64,000 bases of DNA, from positions 46,376,001-46,440,000 of the forward strand of contig OZ024747.1 of NCBI GenBank assembly GCA_964016885.1, written 5' to 3'. The notes beneath the pieces were generated by a model, which was not told where the DNA came from, did no database searches, and saw nothing but the letters and a program-made list of their open reading frames with translations. The position numbers and the translations under genes are program-made. This DNA is from Eledone cirrhosa. Its lineage: Eukaryota. This document shows, in pieces, positions 32,182 to 45,904 of the stretch (position 1 is its first letter; each line of letters begins with the position of its first letter).

Positions 32182-32865
32182 GCCACCCACACCCAGCGCA
32201 TCAACCAGGAATCTCACTTTATTAACAAATATATATATATTAGTAAAAAGGAAAAGAAAATGCTGACAGAAAAATAGTTTAATTAGGAATAAGTATAAAT
32301 TAGTAATAAGTAATTGTTAGTATTCAGTGTTAGTTTTAAGTTTTTTACCGGTTGCGCATTTCAAATGCTTTTCAAAGGTAATTTTGAGATAGAGCGTTCG
32401 TGATTTGTTTGGTTGTTGAATGTCACGTGAATAAGCACTATAATTTTGATTGGTCGGTAGAAGTCACGTGAATGTTCAATAATAAAAGAGGTGAAATAAT
32501 GTATAGTATTGTCATAACACCAAGGTGTGTGTGAGTGTGTCCAGATTGTACGTACTGCAAGGGAATCCATTAGGCCCTGCCGTATGGGATACTTGTGGAT
32601 AAAAATGTATTATAGGATGTATGTTGATGTAGGTATGTATGTGGGCGTGTGTATGTTGTGGGTTCGTCTTAGGGAGAAGTGTTTAGACCGGATCCATATT
32701 TGTTAATAAAGTGAGATTCCTTGCTGATGCGCAGGGTATGGGTGGCATTATCTTTAAATTTGTAGAGGGGAAAGATTCTAAAGTTGGGATGATTTTGGGC
32801 GGCACAGGTATCAATGTGTTCACTCAGCGGTATTTTTCTGTATTCCCGTATTTTGATTTAGGATC
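32178..32865 (-). mobile_element. 5'-truncated PLE with inverted terminal duplication
   Basis: GIY-YIG C-terminus plus 3' region. 32178-32232 is an inverted copy of 32696-32750. Confidence 0.7.
32669..32857 (-). pseudogene. GIY-YIG endonuclease C-terminus (third PLE family)
   Basis: Open frame absent from the ORF track: IKIREYRKIPLSEHIDTCAAQNHPNFRIFPLYKFKDNATHTLRISKESHFINKYGSGLNTSP* (H...C, R..KE..FI, GLN motifs). Confidence 0.7.
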
Positions 32866-32906
32866 TATGTATATATATTTATATGTATATATATATATAG
32901 TATTTT

Positions 32907-33718
32907 TCAAGACTATACAGAGCATTTGTAGTTGTCCCAAATTGAAGGATGAGTATTTTAAACTTTATTTTATCATGAGTTAAGGCTCTATTGATTTTTC
33001 CCTGGATTTCACTAAATTCTGTTGGATAAGTCTATATCCTGATTCTTTTTGAATTGAGTTTGAATTATTTTTCCCACATCTTACATTAACTATTTTCCCA
33101 TTTTGACGCTATAGTCACATATATATTATGGAATACTGTTGGCTTCTTGCTACAATACTTTCTATACCTTTCATTTATACATTTATACTCGGATTTCTTT
33201 CCTAGAGTGCTTAAATTATTTGTGACTAATCTCGGTATTAAAAAAAAAAAACCGCGATAATATTGCTTTTTGTTGAACTCCTTATTGTAGAGTTTTTTTC
33301 GGAATGTTTTTGACTGTTGTTTCATGTAAAAATTCGTCTCATTCTGACGTCACCAGCCCTGTTTTTCCACATGTGCGTTTTATTTTCATAATCACGCATG
33401 ATGTTAAACTAGCCTGCTTTTAAATTCCCTTTTTGGCATATTAATCAGTGAAAATCTGGCTATCGTGTTGAGCTCTGCTGCCGAGCGTATTCCCACCGTG
33501 ACCATTTCCGATGAAAGTTTACGTGAAATAGTCTTTATCAAGACTATACAGAGCATTTGTAGTTGTCCCAAATTGAAGGATGAGTATTTTAAACTTTATT
33601 TTATCACGAGTTAAGGCTCTATTGATTTTCCCCTGGATTTCACTAAATTCTGTTGGATAAGTCTATATCCTGATTCTTTTTGAATTGAGTTTGAATTATT
33701 TTTCCCACGTCTTACGTT
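32907..33718. repeat. ~180-bp near-identical direct repeats 631 bp apart
   Basis: 32907-33087 matches 33538-33718 with ~4 substitutions; bounded by TA/TACA microsatellites. PLE-like partial tandem. Confidence 0.85.
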
Positions 33719-33865
33719 TATATATATATACATACATACATACATACATACATACATACATACATACATACATACATACATACATACATACATACATACA
33801 TACATACATACATACATAAATATATATATAAATATATATATATGTGTGTATGTGTGTATGTATGT

Positions 33866-34267
33866 ATCCCAGGTTCAATCAGGGGTAACCATAGTAAGTA
33901 AGGTACGCAATACATAGTAGAGTATATACAATATTTCATACAAAAATGGGCTTCTACGATTTCCTTCTAATGATTTCCTTCCTGACGATTTCCTTCTAAT
34001 GATTTCCTTCCTGACGATTTCCTTCCAATGAAACAGTTCTAATCGCTCGCTATGCAAATTAGACAATTCAGCCGATGTATAATTTAGAGAATACTATATA
34101 TTCTCAAGAGATCTAGTGAGTGAGAGAAAAGAGGTACACAATCTTGTCAAAGGGCAATAACCGAGAAATAATATTGTCGATTGTATCTCTGTGTCACCGC
34201 TAGAACAGTATGAGGCTGTTTGCTTGCAAACGAATCGAATATTATCATTATCCAATATAGAACTCAG

Positions 34268-34312
<45 letters not shown>

Positions 34313-34415
34313 TCTTGGGTTCAATAGGGGGCAGCCACTATAAGTAAGGTACTCAATAACTATTCTGATGATTTCTATCGAATAAAAGGTTCCAGTCCTG
34401 TAGAAGCCATTTCCA
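33866..34415. mobile_element. Rearranged family-A HHR pseudo-LTR fragments
   Basis: GGGGTAACCATAGTAAGTAAGGTAC terminus (also at 34312-34358, 53165-53240, and inverted at 60050-60125), plus HHR cores at ~34008-34045 and 34365-34407. Confidence 0.7.
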
Positions 34416-34450
34416 TATCAAATTTGATACACGGACACACACATACACGC

Positions 34451-34496
<46 letters not shown>

Positions 34497-34605
34497 GTAA
34501 AAATATGTATACATATGTACATATGTATATATGTATATATGTATAGATAACATATATATATATATATACACATATATACACAGACATATATATATACACA
34601 TATGA

Positions 34606-34646
<41 letters not shown>

Positions 34647-34747
34647 TATACACACACATATTTATGTATATATATATACACACACGTATATATAAATATA
34701 AACATATATATATATATATGTGTATACATATATATATGTATATACAT

Positions 34748-34810
<63 letters not shown>

Positions 34811-35936
34811 CAGACACTACATATATAGCCTAATTGAACTGTAAACAAGAAGTCAAACAAACAAGGATCAATAAATTAGATAGGTTTTGCCGGATGTTTT
34901 ATTCATTAAAAGATTGAAATATTTTGATTTTATCTAATTTTATATAAAAATTTCAATTCTTTCCTTTCATTAATTTTTTTTCTTAAATTTTTTGTTATAC
35001 AATTTAGTAAAGAGAAGATATTTTGTTGTCTATTTGTAATCTTTCTCTGTTGCTGTTTTATTCTTTACTTAAATTCTTTTAGAGTATGCTGATATTTTAA
35101 AGTTTTAACACTGATATTATTATTGCTATTGTTGTTGCTGGTCTTCTTGTTTTGATGTCTTTCGTTTAGTATTTTTGTTGATGTTTATAGCTCCAATTAT
35201 TTAGCTCTCGTTGTTTCGAGCTCAAACTGAGCAAAAATATCCTCAAAGTCATTTCCACATCGAGCACCTGACGTTTTGTTTTAACTCTCAGTATTATGCA
35301 TATTTATTATCGTTGAATATTTTCCTTCCACCTGCTCAATCATCACTTTTTGTATTTCATCATTAACAATCTGATAATTATTGTTTAGATATTTATTGAT
35401 AATTATAAAAATATTTCATTTCAAAAGGCATTAAATAAGATCACAAACACGAATATTCTGTAAAATATTGTCAAATTCATAACACCCCTTTTTTTTTATA
35501 AAAAGAAAACACTCTACACATTAATTCGTTTAAATAGTTTGAGATATATGTAGCATGTACGTATTCCATTATATGAATTATTTGTAAATGTATTTTACAT
35601 GTTGAAACAGAGTCATTTTAAATAATAAAGCCATATAAAAGAAAACATTGGAAACGCAAAAAAACAATTGTGCCCAGGGACAATACTATATTATGATCTA
35701 ATGTTTGTTTTCGTTTATTAATTATTGAATTATAGAATTTACCTCTACATTCAAAATTATCGATCAAAATATAAGATATATCACAATTAACCTTGCTCTA
35801 TATTGAACTAGGCCACTCTTGACTTCAAAATGTTTTTTTTAAAATCATGTTCACTTAAAAATAATTTTTAAATAATTAAAGTAAACACAGACATGCATAT
35901 AATGTGCGTGTATATATATATATAAATATGTGTGTT

Positions 35937-35977
<41 letters not shown>

Positions 35978-35992
35978 GTGTGTGTGTGTTTA

Positions 35993-36023
<31 letters not shown>

Positions 36024-36091
36024 GGCTGTCTGTGATCTATAGACAATGGTCGCAGACACACATACACATATAAAAACACACACGCACTCAC

Positions 36092-36126
<35 letters not shown>

Positions 36127-37123
36127 CAACAACACCACCAGCTCTCTCTCTCTCTCTCTTCCATAGTCCTTCTCTGTCTCCTCTCCCTCTCTGTATGTCT
36201 TTCTTTCAATCTACTCTCTCACAACCACTGTCTCTTTCTCTCTATTCTTCTCTCTCTCTCTCTGTTTATGAAGGTATACAGAAAACCCCATATATCGGGA
36301 ACCCGTGCTTTAATTTACGCGAAACTTGTTTTATTCCATTTGTATTCCCATTTCAAGGTCAACTTCCTTTCATAGTATTTTCCTATTATGCGCCCTTTTG
36401 GCTGTATTACATTACAGACAAGCAAGCAAGCAGGCAATCACAGACTTTTAGTAATATATAGATAGATGATCACTGGTTAAATATTATAGACATCGAATAC
36501 AGGATCTTCGTAAATTCCTATCTGATCAGAACATTGCAAAATGATACCGAGGAAATTTTATCCATTACTTTAATTCAGGGGAATTGACGCACTTCAATTA
36601 CTTGGAAGAGGCAATATATTTTAAATATGCATTTATATTCTAAAATGTTCATTTTAAAGCGTGTTTCAAATCCTTTCTATATTTTTCTTATGTAATTATG
36701 TTTTTCCATCAATTTGGGAATATTTTACATGTGCTAAATAAAGTAAAATTGATCAAATATTCTATATAGTAGAACATATGCGTGTATATGTCTATTTGTA
36801 TACATAGATGAATTAAACACTTAAATATATATTTCATAAATCACTATAGATGATGGAAGAGGAGAAATATATCGCTTTTACAAGGCGTGTTTATTTCAGA
36901 GGCTCTACTAATGTAAAGTAAAACAGAACGAGAAAGTATGAGTTACATCTTTGAGATGGGAAAAGAAAATCTAATATCAATAAAAGAAAAGTAAAGGAGA
37001 GAAAAGGACACAGTGGAAGTATAAAAACAAGGGAAGAATTTTGGACATAAAACACGTAGGAGAGAGTTTTGGTAGAGAAAATAGAAAATATACACTGTAG
37101 ATTTAGATTTTATATTTTAAAAT

Positions 37124-37155
<32 letters not shown>

Positions 37156-37591
37156 CATACATATATATATATATATATGTGTATATGTGTGTATGTGTGT
37201 GTGTGTATCCGCGTGCGTAAGTAGGTAAATAGATTTACATATCTACACACGTACACAAATATTTACGAAGCGTATATACATATAATAAATAGCCATTAAT
37301 ATTTCTGTAATGTGACTTAAATCAATGTTTAACGTGATACAAACATTTATGTACACGGGTATTAGGTTTGTATGAATACATTGCGTGCATGTAAATATTC
37401 TAATAGTGTAAGGGAGGTAAGTCAAGAAAGATATATAAAAACATATTTCTCAATGGGTTTTAGATAATATAAATAACAAAGAAATATAAAACGGAATTTA
37501 ATGTATTAAATAATATATATATATATAACGTCATTTTCTTTAAAAAAGACTACTTTTTATTACTAGAAACAATTTTATAAGTATTCGAAAA

Positions 37592-37659
<68 letters not shown>

Positions 37660-38127
37660 TTATATATATATATTATGAAAAAATTTAAATAAATTAAATC
37701 TGTTGCACAGTTTCGGGGCGTTTTCAAAAATGTCATCTTACTAAAAGAAAAAAAAAATTAAAGACAACAAACCCATTCTCAGGTCTGCCATAATAGTTAT
37801 TTATTCATTTAATATTTAATTCATACTTAAACCGATTATTAATATGTATTTTTTTACAGTTTGAAATATTCTAATATTTCTCTTTTTGACTTAATATCGC
37901 GGTTCTCGACTTAGGTTTTATTTAATTCTTTTTTCTACTTCAGCTGCTAATATTTCTCTTTCGTTTAGTTTCGTAATTATAATATATAAAAAGTATTAAC
38001 TGTCGTTTATTTTGTAGATCTAAGTGTTAAATTATATATGCATGCTGCGTGTCATTTCTTGCATATATCAGGAAACATGATGAAATCGAAAATGCAACTG
38101 GAGTCTTTTTAAGAATATTTATTTGGT

Positions 38128-38167
38128 TCCTTTACCGGCTTCGCAGTTCTTATGCTTTTCAAAAGGA
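38128..38167 (-). ncRNA. Type I hammerhead, U3-A8 core variant (family H)
   Basis: TCCTT-TTGAAAA-GCA TAAGAAC TGC-GAAG-CCGG-TA-AAGGA: perfect stem I, A15.1>G. Confidence 0.55.
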
Positions 38168-38216
38168 GAATTGAGATGGAGGGTTTGTGGGTTTCTCGCA
38201 TCTGATGCGAGAAAAA

Positions 38217-38286
<70 letters not shown>

Positions 38287-38410
38287 ATTAAGATATGATT
38301 CCAGTTCCTCAGAAGAATAACAACACAACCAGGAGCTGGACATATCGATGTATTGACGGAGTAAAACACACTTCAACGCCATGTGTACCTGTCTTTACCA
38401 CACCAATTCG

Positions 38411-38467
38411 TACTGCCTGAAGAGGTCATAGCCAATAATGGCTGTCACCGAAATATATATAGCAGTA
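38411..38467 (+). ncRNA. Type I hammerhead ribozyme, family C
   Basis: TACTGC-CTGAAGA-GGTCATAGCCA ATAA TGGCTGTCACC-GAAA-TATATA-TA/GCAGTA: 6-bp stem I, intact core, palindromic stem III. Confidence 0.85.
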
Positions 38468-38614
38468 TATCTATAATTTATAATAAACGAAGCCAAATTT
38501 TACATATTTGACTTAATTATTTTACATTAATCCGGAGTAACCAAACCAACCTGCGCACTTCATCGATTGCTCCAATCTGCATACTGAGGTGTCGGTAAAC
38601 AACCAACATATACT

Positions 38615-38876
<262 letters not shown>

Positions 38877-38894
38877 TTATATATATATATATAT

Positions 38895-39256
38895 ATATGC
38901 ATAAGGAAAGTATATACTTTCAAACGTTTAATCATCTGACAGAAAAGTATACGATGCTGACGATAGCTAATAAGCTTGAAACTAGTACATCGTTCCTGTG
39001 TCAGTTTTGAACAAAAGGCGACGATGGTTGTTAAACACCGTAGGGCGTAATTCGGGCTGTTTGTTTACAAACAAACCGAACATTATAATAAATGTTCGGT
39101 AAACCCATACGTACATATATATATGTGTATATGTATGTATATATATATACATACTACTGTACGTCTGTATACATATATGTATGTACGTATACATACTTAT
39201 ATTTAAGTATCAGCCGTACTAAGAGTGAGAAATGAAATTTCGTTTCATCCTTTTCC

Positions 39257-39262
<6 letters not shown>
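38895..39262 (+). mobile_element. Family-B HHR repeat unit (retrozyme/PLE pseudo-LTR-like)
   Basis: Reverse complement of the 417-bp unit at 48749-49412; flanked by TA microsatellites. Confidence 0.85.
38951..38993 (+). ncRNA. Minimal type I hammerhead ribozyme, family B
   Basis: ACGATG-CTGACGA-T AGCT AATA AGCT T-GAAA-CTAG-TA/CATCGT. Predicted cleavage after GUA at 38987. Confidence 0.88.
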
Positions 39263-39321
<59 letters not shown>

Positions 39322-39431
39322 TAGAGAGAGAGATAGAGTTAAATATATGGATGGATAATATAGGTAGACAGATATATATAGATAGGTAGATAGATTTCTC
39401 TCTCTTTTTCTTTACTCCCTATCAAACGTAT

Positions 39432-39624
39432 AATAATAGTTTCTACTTTTGGCACAAGGCCAGCCATTACTCCAGTGCATTACTGGTGCTTTATTTTATC
39501 GACCCCGTGAAGATGAAAGGCAAAGCTAACCTCGGAGGGATTTGAACTCAGACCGTAAAGGGCCGTAACTCTATGCTGAAAATCATAGCGTCCAACCCTC
39601 TACCGATACTCCCAATCCACCACC
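39432..39624 (-). mobile_element. tRNA-derived SINE (family 1)
   Basis: Reverse complement of the family-1 consensus. Confidence 0.88.
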
Positions 39625-40197
39625 AGAAATTGCTATATAAAATTTGTTTAAAATATATGATTTATTTTAAAATATTTCATAGTTAAAATGTAATTAAATT
39701 ACTTTCCTAATATATATTTCCCTTGTTATCTATTTTGTTCTTACCTTCCACTGATATCATGTTTTCTTTCTTTACCAAAACTCTTACGCTCCTTTCAATG
39801 TCTATTGCTTTTCATTAAACAAATTTTATTCATTTGTTAAATTGAAATATTATTTTTTGCATTTATAAATGCTGACGTATTGATGAAGAAAAAAGAATTC
39901 ATTACAACCTCTTCATAACGCTTGAGAACCTCTTCGATTAATCGATTCATGTACGAGGTTTTCACTTTATGAACCCACCACCGCACTTTTGCTTATCAAG
40001 ATCAATTTATAACGCGTAAAAATGATAACAGTTATTTATATATTTTTTTTTTTTTTTGCTTTCGATGCTGCATTTATTTTGGCTGTTATTGTTGTTGATT
40101 TTTAAGTCAATGACAGCTATCATCAAACAGTCTAAGCTTTCCAGCTTCGAGCATCTTGCCTCTTTTGCATATGTGATACTGCATTATCTGAAGATTT

Positions 40198-40530
40198 CAG
40201 CATAGCCCAGTGGTTAAAGTGTTCGCTTCGCAATTACTAGATGCTGGTTTCGAACACACTGCCATTCATCTTGAGCAAATATCATTTACCATTATCCGTT
40301 TCGATTGACCCATGCTATGTGTGTGAAATTGGAAGTCCGCCGGCTGGACAATACCTGCAATTCAATGGAGCAGCCTTGTTACAAACTGTTTCACGATGAA
40401 TTTCTCTGAAATTACATTAAAGCTACATCTGTTGAATTCTCTGCTGCATACACGTTAATTTCTTAAGCGGGCTGTAATGTTAATCAAACAACAGGAACAT
40501 TCAACGTCGAACGAGATGGAGGTCTATTCA
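40198..40530 (+). mobile_element. Old tRNA-derived SINE (family 3)
   Basis: tRNA-like head CATAGCCCAGTGGTTAAAGTGTTCGC...GGTTTCGAAC, followed by TCTTGAGCAA. Confidence 0.55.
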
Positions 40531-40599
40531 CTACATTAGCCATTGTGGTATTCCTTTTATAAACATTTAGTTTGCGTTTTGTGGGAAATTTAATTTTTC

Positions 40600-41330
40600 T
40601 TTTGAAAATCTGACGTAGTAGAGAGAAACGTTTATACATGAATTAATTTTTCTCTGGAAAGTTTCGCTGGAGGTATATTTCTATTGTTTATACTCTTGAT
40701 TTTTCCAGATAATGATACACGTACTATTATCAACATTGTTTTCTACAACAGTCAAGATAGAATCAAGTGGTGATAAATTTCTTACCGACATAGTTGTATC
40801 AAGGGACTGTTCTTGTATTTTTGTTTGTTGATGGTCAATCTGGTTGCTAGAAAGTCTAGTAACATAGTGGCCACTAGTACGTGGGGTTGACTGCATGTTC
40901 GATCTGGGGGACCTGCAATGAATAATCTTATTTTACATTCAACAAACGTTGCTTGTTGGCGTAAATGTTTGGCTGTGTAGTGATTTAGCTCTGGATGTAT
41001 TTTGTCCAGTATAGCTTCATTCCGTTCATGTAGCCAACAGAGGGATGTTTTTTGCCGTTTTATAACAATTACATAAATCATTATTTTAAGTTCATAACTC
41101 CAAGAGAAATGCGATTTATAATTTTCGTTCCTTTTGTGGCTACAACTAAAGAAATTTTGTTTACCTTTCTCGTTGTTGCTTTTCTTCGGTACTTCATTAA
41201 TGTTGATGTTGATGGTATGTTCATTTATGCTGTTTGTAGCAAATCCTTGTAAAATGAATTTAGTATTTAGTCGGATATCTCTATGAATTAGAATAAAATG
41301 TGTCTTCAGTGTGTACAGTTAGGAGAATAC
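40600..41330 (-). mobile_element. Possible N-terminal region of an R4/NeSL-type LINE ORF
   Basis: With frameshifts: C.YK.AK...GYM.GM...W.KIHPELNHYTAKHLRQQATFV, resembling the GY..RM...W...P...T.Q.L..Q N-terminal motif. Confidence 0.4.
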
Positions 41331-41455
41331 TCAGTTATTCAATATGGCTGGTATTTGTGGCAATACTGTTGTAGATGTATTCATCTTAAATTTAATGAAT
41401 AGTCTCCCACGGTAATATGTGTGACTTGATTATGTATGTATGTATGTATGTATAT

Positions 41456-42592
41456 CGGGTCACCCTTGAGTGCTACTGGTAACATGTAACCCAGTACAAC
41501 GTGACGCATGGTCGGATCGTCAGTGACTAAACCGGCAACCCCACCAAGTTTATTTGGTTAGGAGTGTGATTTTGGACACCTTGCAGGACAAAAACCAAAA
41601 CCACATATGTATATATGTGTGCAAGTATATATGTATATACATGTATACATATGTATATATATGCGCGGGGACAAACAATCGAGCTGGATACCCGATCGCG
41701 CGGTTAAACCTCGGGGAGTGAAGGACCCCTAGCCTTTGTCAGGGCATTCTTCTAGGAGAAGGCAACTCAGTAAAATGGGATAACTCCGATATAAAACCTG
41801 CGGCTCAGTAGTTACCGATGATGTTGATATTTTCATATTTTCGGGCTATAGCTACTGTCGCTCAGAGAGCGGGATTTGCTCGGTGTACAGTCTGTCCTCT
41901 ATTTAAAAACGTCTTCATTCACAGGCATTGCACGATAGCATTAATTGATAATTATTAATAATGTTATATCGTGCAATGGCCATACTCGATATTGAGGGGC
42001 CAGCCATCATGTATGTATGTACGTACGTACGCATGTATTCATGTATGTATGTATGTATGTATGTATGTATGTATGTATGTATGTATGTATGTATGTACTG
42101 GGATAACTCCGATATAAAACCTGCAGCTCAGTAGTTACCGATGATGTTGATCTTTTCTTCTTTTCGGGTTATAGCTACTGTCACTCAGAGAGTGGGATTG
42201 GCTCAGTGCACAGTCATTCCTCATTTTAAAAAATATCTTCACGCACAGGTATTGCACGATAGAATTAATTAATAATTATTAATAATGGTATATCGTGCAA
42301 TGGCCATACTCGATAACGAGGGGGCAGCCATCATGTATGTATGTACGTGCGTATGTATGTATGTATGTATGTATGTATGTATGTATGTATGTATGTATGT
42401 ATGTATGTATGTATGTATGTATGTATGTATGTATGTACGTACGTACGTACGTACGTATGTATTATGTATGCATGGTATCCAATGATGTTGACTTGTTCTT
42501 CTTTTTGGTAAATGTCATCTTGGTTAAGAGAGTGGGACTGGCTTTGTGCAGTGCCTTTGCTCACTATAAAAGCTTCACGGCACAGGCATTGC
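41456..42592 (+). mobile_element. Non-autonomous RTE-derived element with tandemly reiterated 3' half
   Basis: RTE-like 5' UTR motif (GGGCATTCTTCTAGGAGAAGGCAACTC), unit 41777-42096, repeat 42097-42470 and partial copy 42481-42592. The first two end in (TATG)n. Confidence 0.75.
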
Positions 42593-42599
42593 TTTATAT

Positions 42600-42815
42600 C
42601 TGGAGATCTCACTGCACTTGTCGTCACATGGTACCATGGGCCCAGCACTATGTGTCAATAATTGTCACAAGTGTAGTGTTTGTACCAGAGTTTTTAAGTC
42701 GCTGGCTGGACTAAAAAGTCACACTCGTTCAGCGCATCGGTAGGGGTTCTCCTACATGGATATAAAGTAGTGGCCGTACTCGAAAACGAGTTGGCAGCTA
42801 CCATGCACATACATA
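42600..42815 (+). mobile_element. 3' end of an RTE/BovB-like LINE with terminal C2H2 zinc finger
   Basis: 42666-42743 encodes HKCSVCTRVFKSLAGLKSHTRSAHR*. The 3' UTR TGGCCGTACTCGAAAACGAGTTGGCAGCTACCATG matches the tail of the non-autonomous element. Confidence 0.75.
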
Positions 42816-43344
42816 TATATTCTTTTGTACTTTTCTTTTTTACAATTTGTCCTATCTTCTTATCTGGTCCCAGTATGTTAATAGAAAACCATGTATTCTT
42901 TCGATGAGAATAATTATTCGGTATGTAAACCAAAAGATGACCGAATAAAAAGCGAAATAGGAAAAGATTGGTGTGGATGGAGTTTGATATATTAACAAGG
43001 AACTTCCTCGATCCCACCACAATGGCTACCATGTACATGTACGTGCAAAACTAAACACATACATTTATTATTATAATTATTTATGCAGGTCCATACATAG
43101 ACAAAAAATACAATTGAAGTTGTTGTAAGTTACTTTTTAAAGATGTAGGGGAGAAGGGTCAAGACAGACGGAGACAACTGATTGGACATGATGGTCAAAG
43201 TATAATATGCTTCTTCATGACAGAAAATACGCACAGAACATCTAATTCTCTCTCTTTCTCTCCTCTCCCCTATATATTTGTGTTTTTGTTTTTTTATGTC
43301 TATGCGTATGCATATATATGTATGTACGTATATAAATACACAAT

Positions 43345-43377
<33 letters not shown>

Positions 43378-43418
43378 ATGTGTGTGCCTGCATGTGTGTG
43401 TGTACGTATATAAATACA

Positions 43419-43638
<220 letters not shown>

Positions 43639-44012
43639 ACACTATAATGTTTTATTGTTGTATACATACAAATATTAGCTGTGAAGTACACGTTCTTGCT
43701 AGAAACGAATGTATGAGTTTCTGTAAATCGTGCCGAGGTAACTTCCTCATGACTCAGTAATTTTCGAAGAGATGGTGACATATTTTGCAGGTAATGAATA
43801 TACTAAGAATTTTTTCATGATAAACATTTTTTTTCTATTTTTTTCAGACTTGCACGTAAAGAACACAAATCGTATTCACAGCAAGCATAATAAGTAACGC
43901 TAATTCCTATAAACAAGTGTGTTTCATGAGGTTGTACACGGTTATGCATTAACCACTGTAGATAGCATATATCTTCCTCTACATATATATGAATGCATAT
44001 TACATACCCACC

Positions 44013-44060
<48 letters not shown>

Positions 44061-44067
<7 letters not shown>

Positions 44068-44073
44068 TATAGT

Positions 44074-44105
<32 letters not shown>

Positions 44106-44132
44106 CATAATTATACATATATATTTATATAG

Positions 44133-44183
<51 letters not shown>

Positions 44184-44211
44184 CATAATTATACATATAT
44201 ATTTATATAGT

Positions 44212-44249
<38 letters not shown>

Positions 44250-44276
44250 CATAATTATACATATATATTTATATAG

Positions 44277-44349
<73 letters not shown>

Positions 44350-44421
44350 CATAATTATACATATATATTTCTATAGTTATATATATATATATATAGTTAT
44401 ACATATATATATATATATAGT

Positions 44422-44425
<4 letters not shown>
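44061..44425. repeat. TA-based compound minisatellite
   Basis: Unit ATAGTT(AT)n..TTTATATATATACATAATTATACATATATATTT, ~4 copies with variable n. Confidence 0.85.
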
Positions 44426-44453
<28 letters not shown>

Positions 44454-44720
44454 CACAATAACGTGTACATTTAGAAGTGGTCACTTTGATTCTAGGAGAA
44501 GTTTTTCGATAATTAAGGAGTTCTCCCTGAACCGGATAATCGTTAGTTAATATATGGAAATTATTCATTTTTTAAATTTCTTTTGCCGTGTGTTGCCATT
44601 TGTTTTGTGTTCATAACTTTACTAATTGTATTGGATTCATATTTTATTTTCCTGTCACAATTACGTGTATGTGTCTGCGTATGTATATATATATACATAT
44701 ATATATATAAATATGTATGC

Positions 44721-44792
<72 letters not shown>

Positions 44793-44854
44793 GTATATGT
44801 ATATATATATATGTATGCACACATATATCTATATATATATACATAAATATGTAT

Positions 44855-44939
<85 letters not shown>

Positions 44940-44971
44940 TATATACATATATATATATATACATATACATT

Positions 44972-45007
<36 letters not shown>

Positions 45008-45011
45008 CATT

Positions 45012-45117
<106 letters not shown>

Positions 45118-45154
45118 CATATATATATATATATACATATATATATACATATAC

Positions 45155-45212
<58 letters not shown>

Positions 45213-45430
45213 TTCTATGTACTATACAGGCTCCGTTTTCATACGTAATTGGAATCGCTTCACTTAACATTTGTAATGTTCTTTGGAAAAAGTATGTTTT
45301 AAAAAATACGTTGATACTTCCGCTTATTTCACCTCGCTAGATCTGAGGATTAATGCGAATAACTTGGACAGCTTTCGTGTAATCCTCATCAGTCTTTTCT
45401 GTTTTTCGTCTTCTTTGTATTATTGCCATT

Positions 45431-45476
45431 TTCTTCTTCTTCTTCTTCTTCTTCTTCTTCTTCTTCTTCTTCTTCT

Positions 45477-45532
<56 letters not shown>

Positions 45533-45657
45533 TTCTTCATCTTCTTCTTCTTCTTCTTCTTCTTCTTCTTCTTCTTCTTCTTCTTCTTCTTCTTCTTCTT
45601 CTTCTTCTTCTTCTTCTTCTTCTTCTTCTTCTTCTTCTTCTTCTTCTTCTTCTTCTT
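45431..45657. repeat. (CTT)n(CGT)n(CTT)n microsatellite
   Basis: Directly visible. Confidence 0.95.
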
Positions 45658-45663
45658 GATATT

Positions 45664-45783
45664 ATTATAATTGGCCATCTTTCGGAACCGTTTCAGATCT
45701 CCCGGTCTGTCCGTCGTGGGTGCCCTCTCTCCTCCCTTCTGTACGTATTGACTCTGAAACCTTTACTGCGGAAGCTGTAGTTG
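45664..45783 (+). mobile_element. L1/Tx1-clade RT fragment
   Basis: IIIGHLSEPFQISRSVRRGCPLSSLLYVLTLKPLLRKL (QGCPLSP-type motif). Confidence 0.75.
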
Positions 45784-45904
45784 TTGAAGGTCACCAGGAT
45801 GAGAGTTGGTGGCATTGCCAATTCGAGACGAATTTTACAGGCATGGAAGAGCTGTCTGACAGATCTGTCCGAGATGTTAGCAGACTGATGAGACGCACGC
45901 ATCC

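Noticed and set aside
41456-41560. Possible HDV-like or twister ribozyme at the RTE 5' end
   Set aside because: Hairpins exist (TACTGG/CCAGTA, GTCAC/GTGAC), but I could not fit either consensus.
43680-43892. Short GT-AG intron-like segment (43791-43848) with flanking frame
   Set aside because: The upstream frame has two TGA stops and there is no homology.
45363-45396. CTGATGA...GAAAGCTGTC on the minus strand
   Set aside because: Stems I and II do not pair; at best a heavily decayed HHR.
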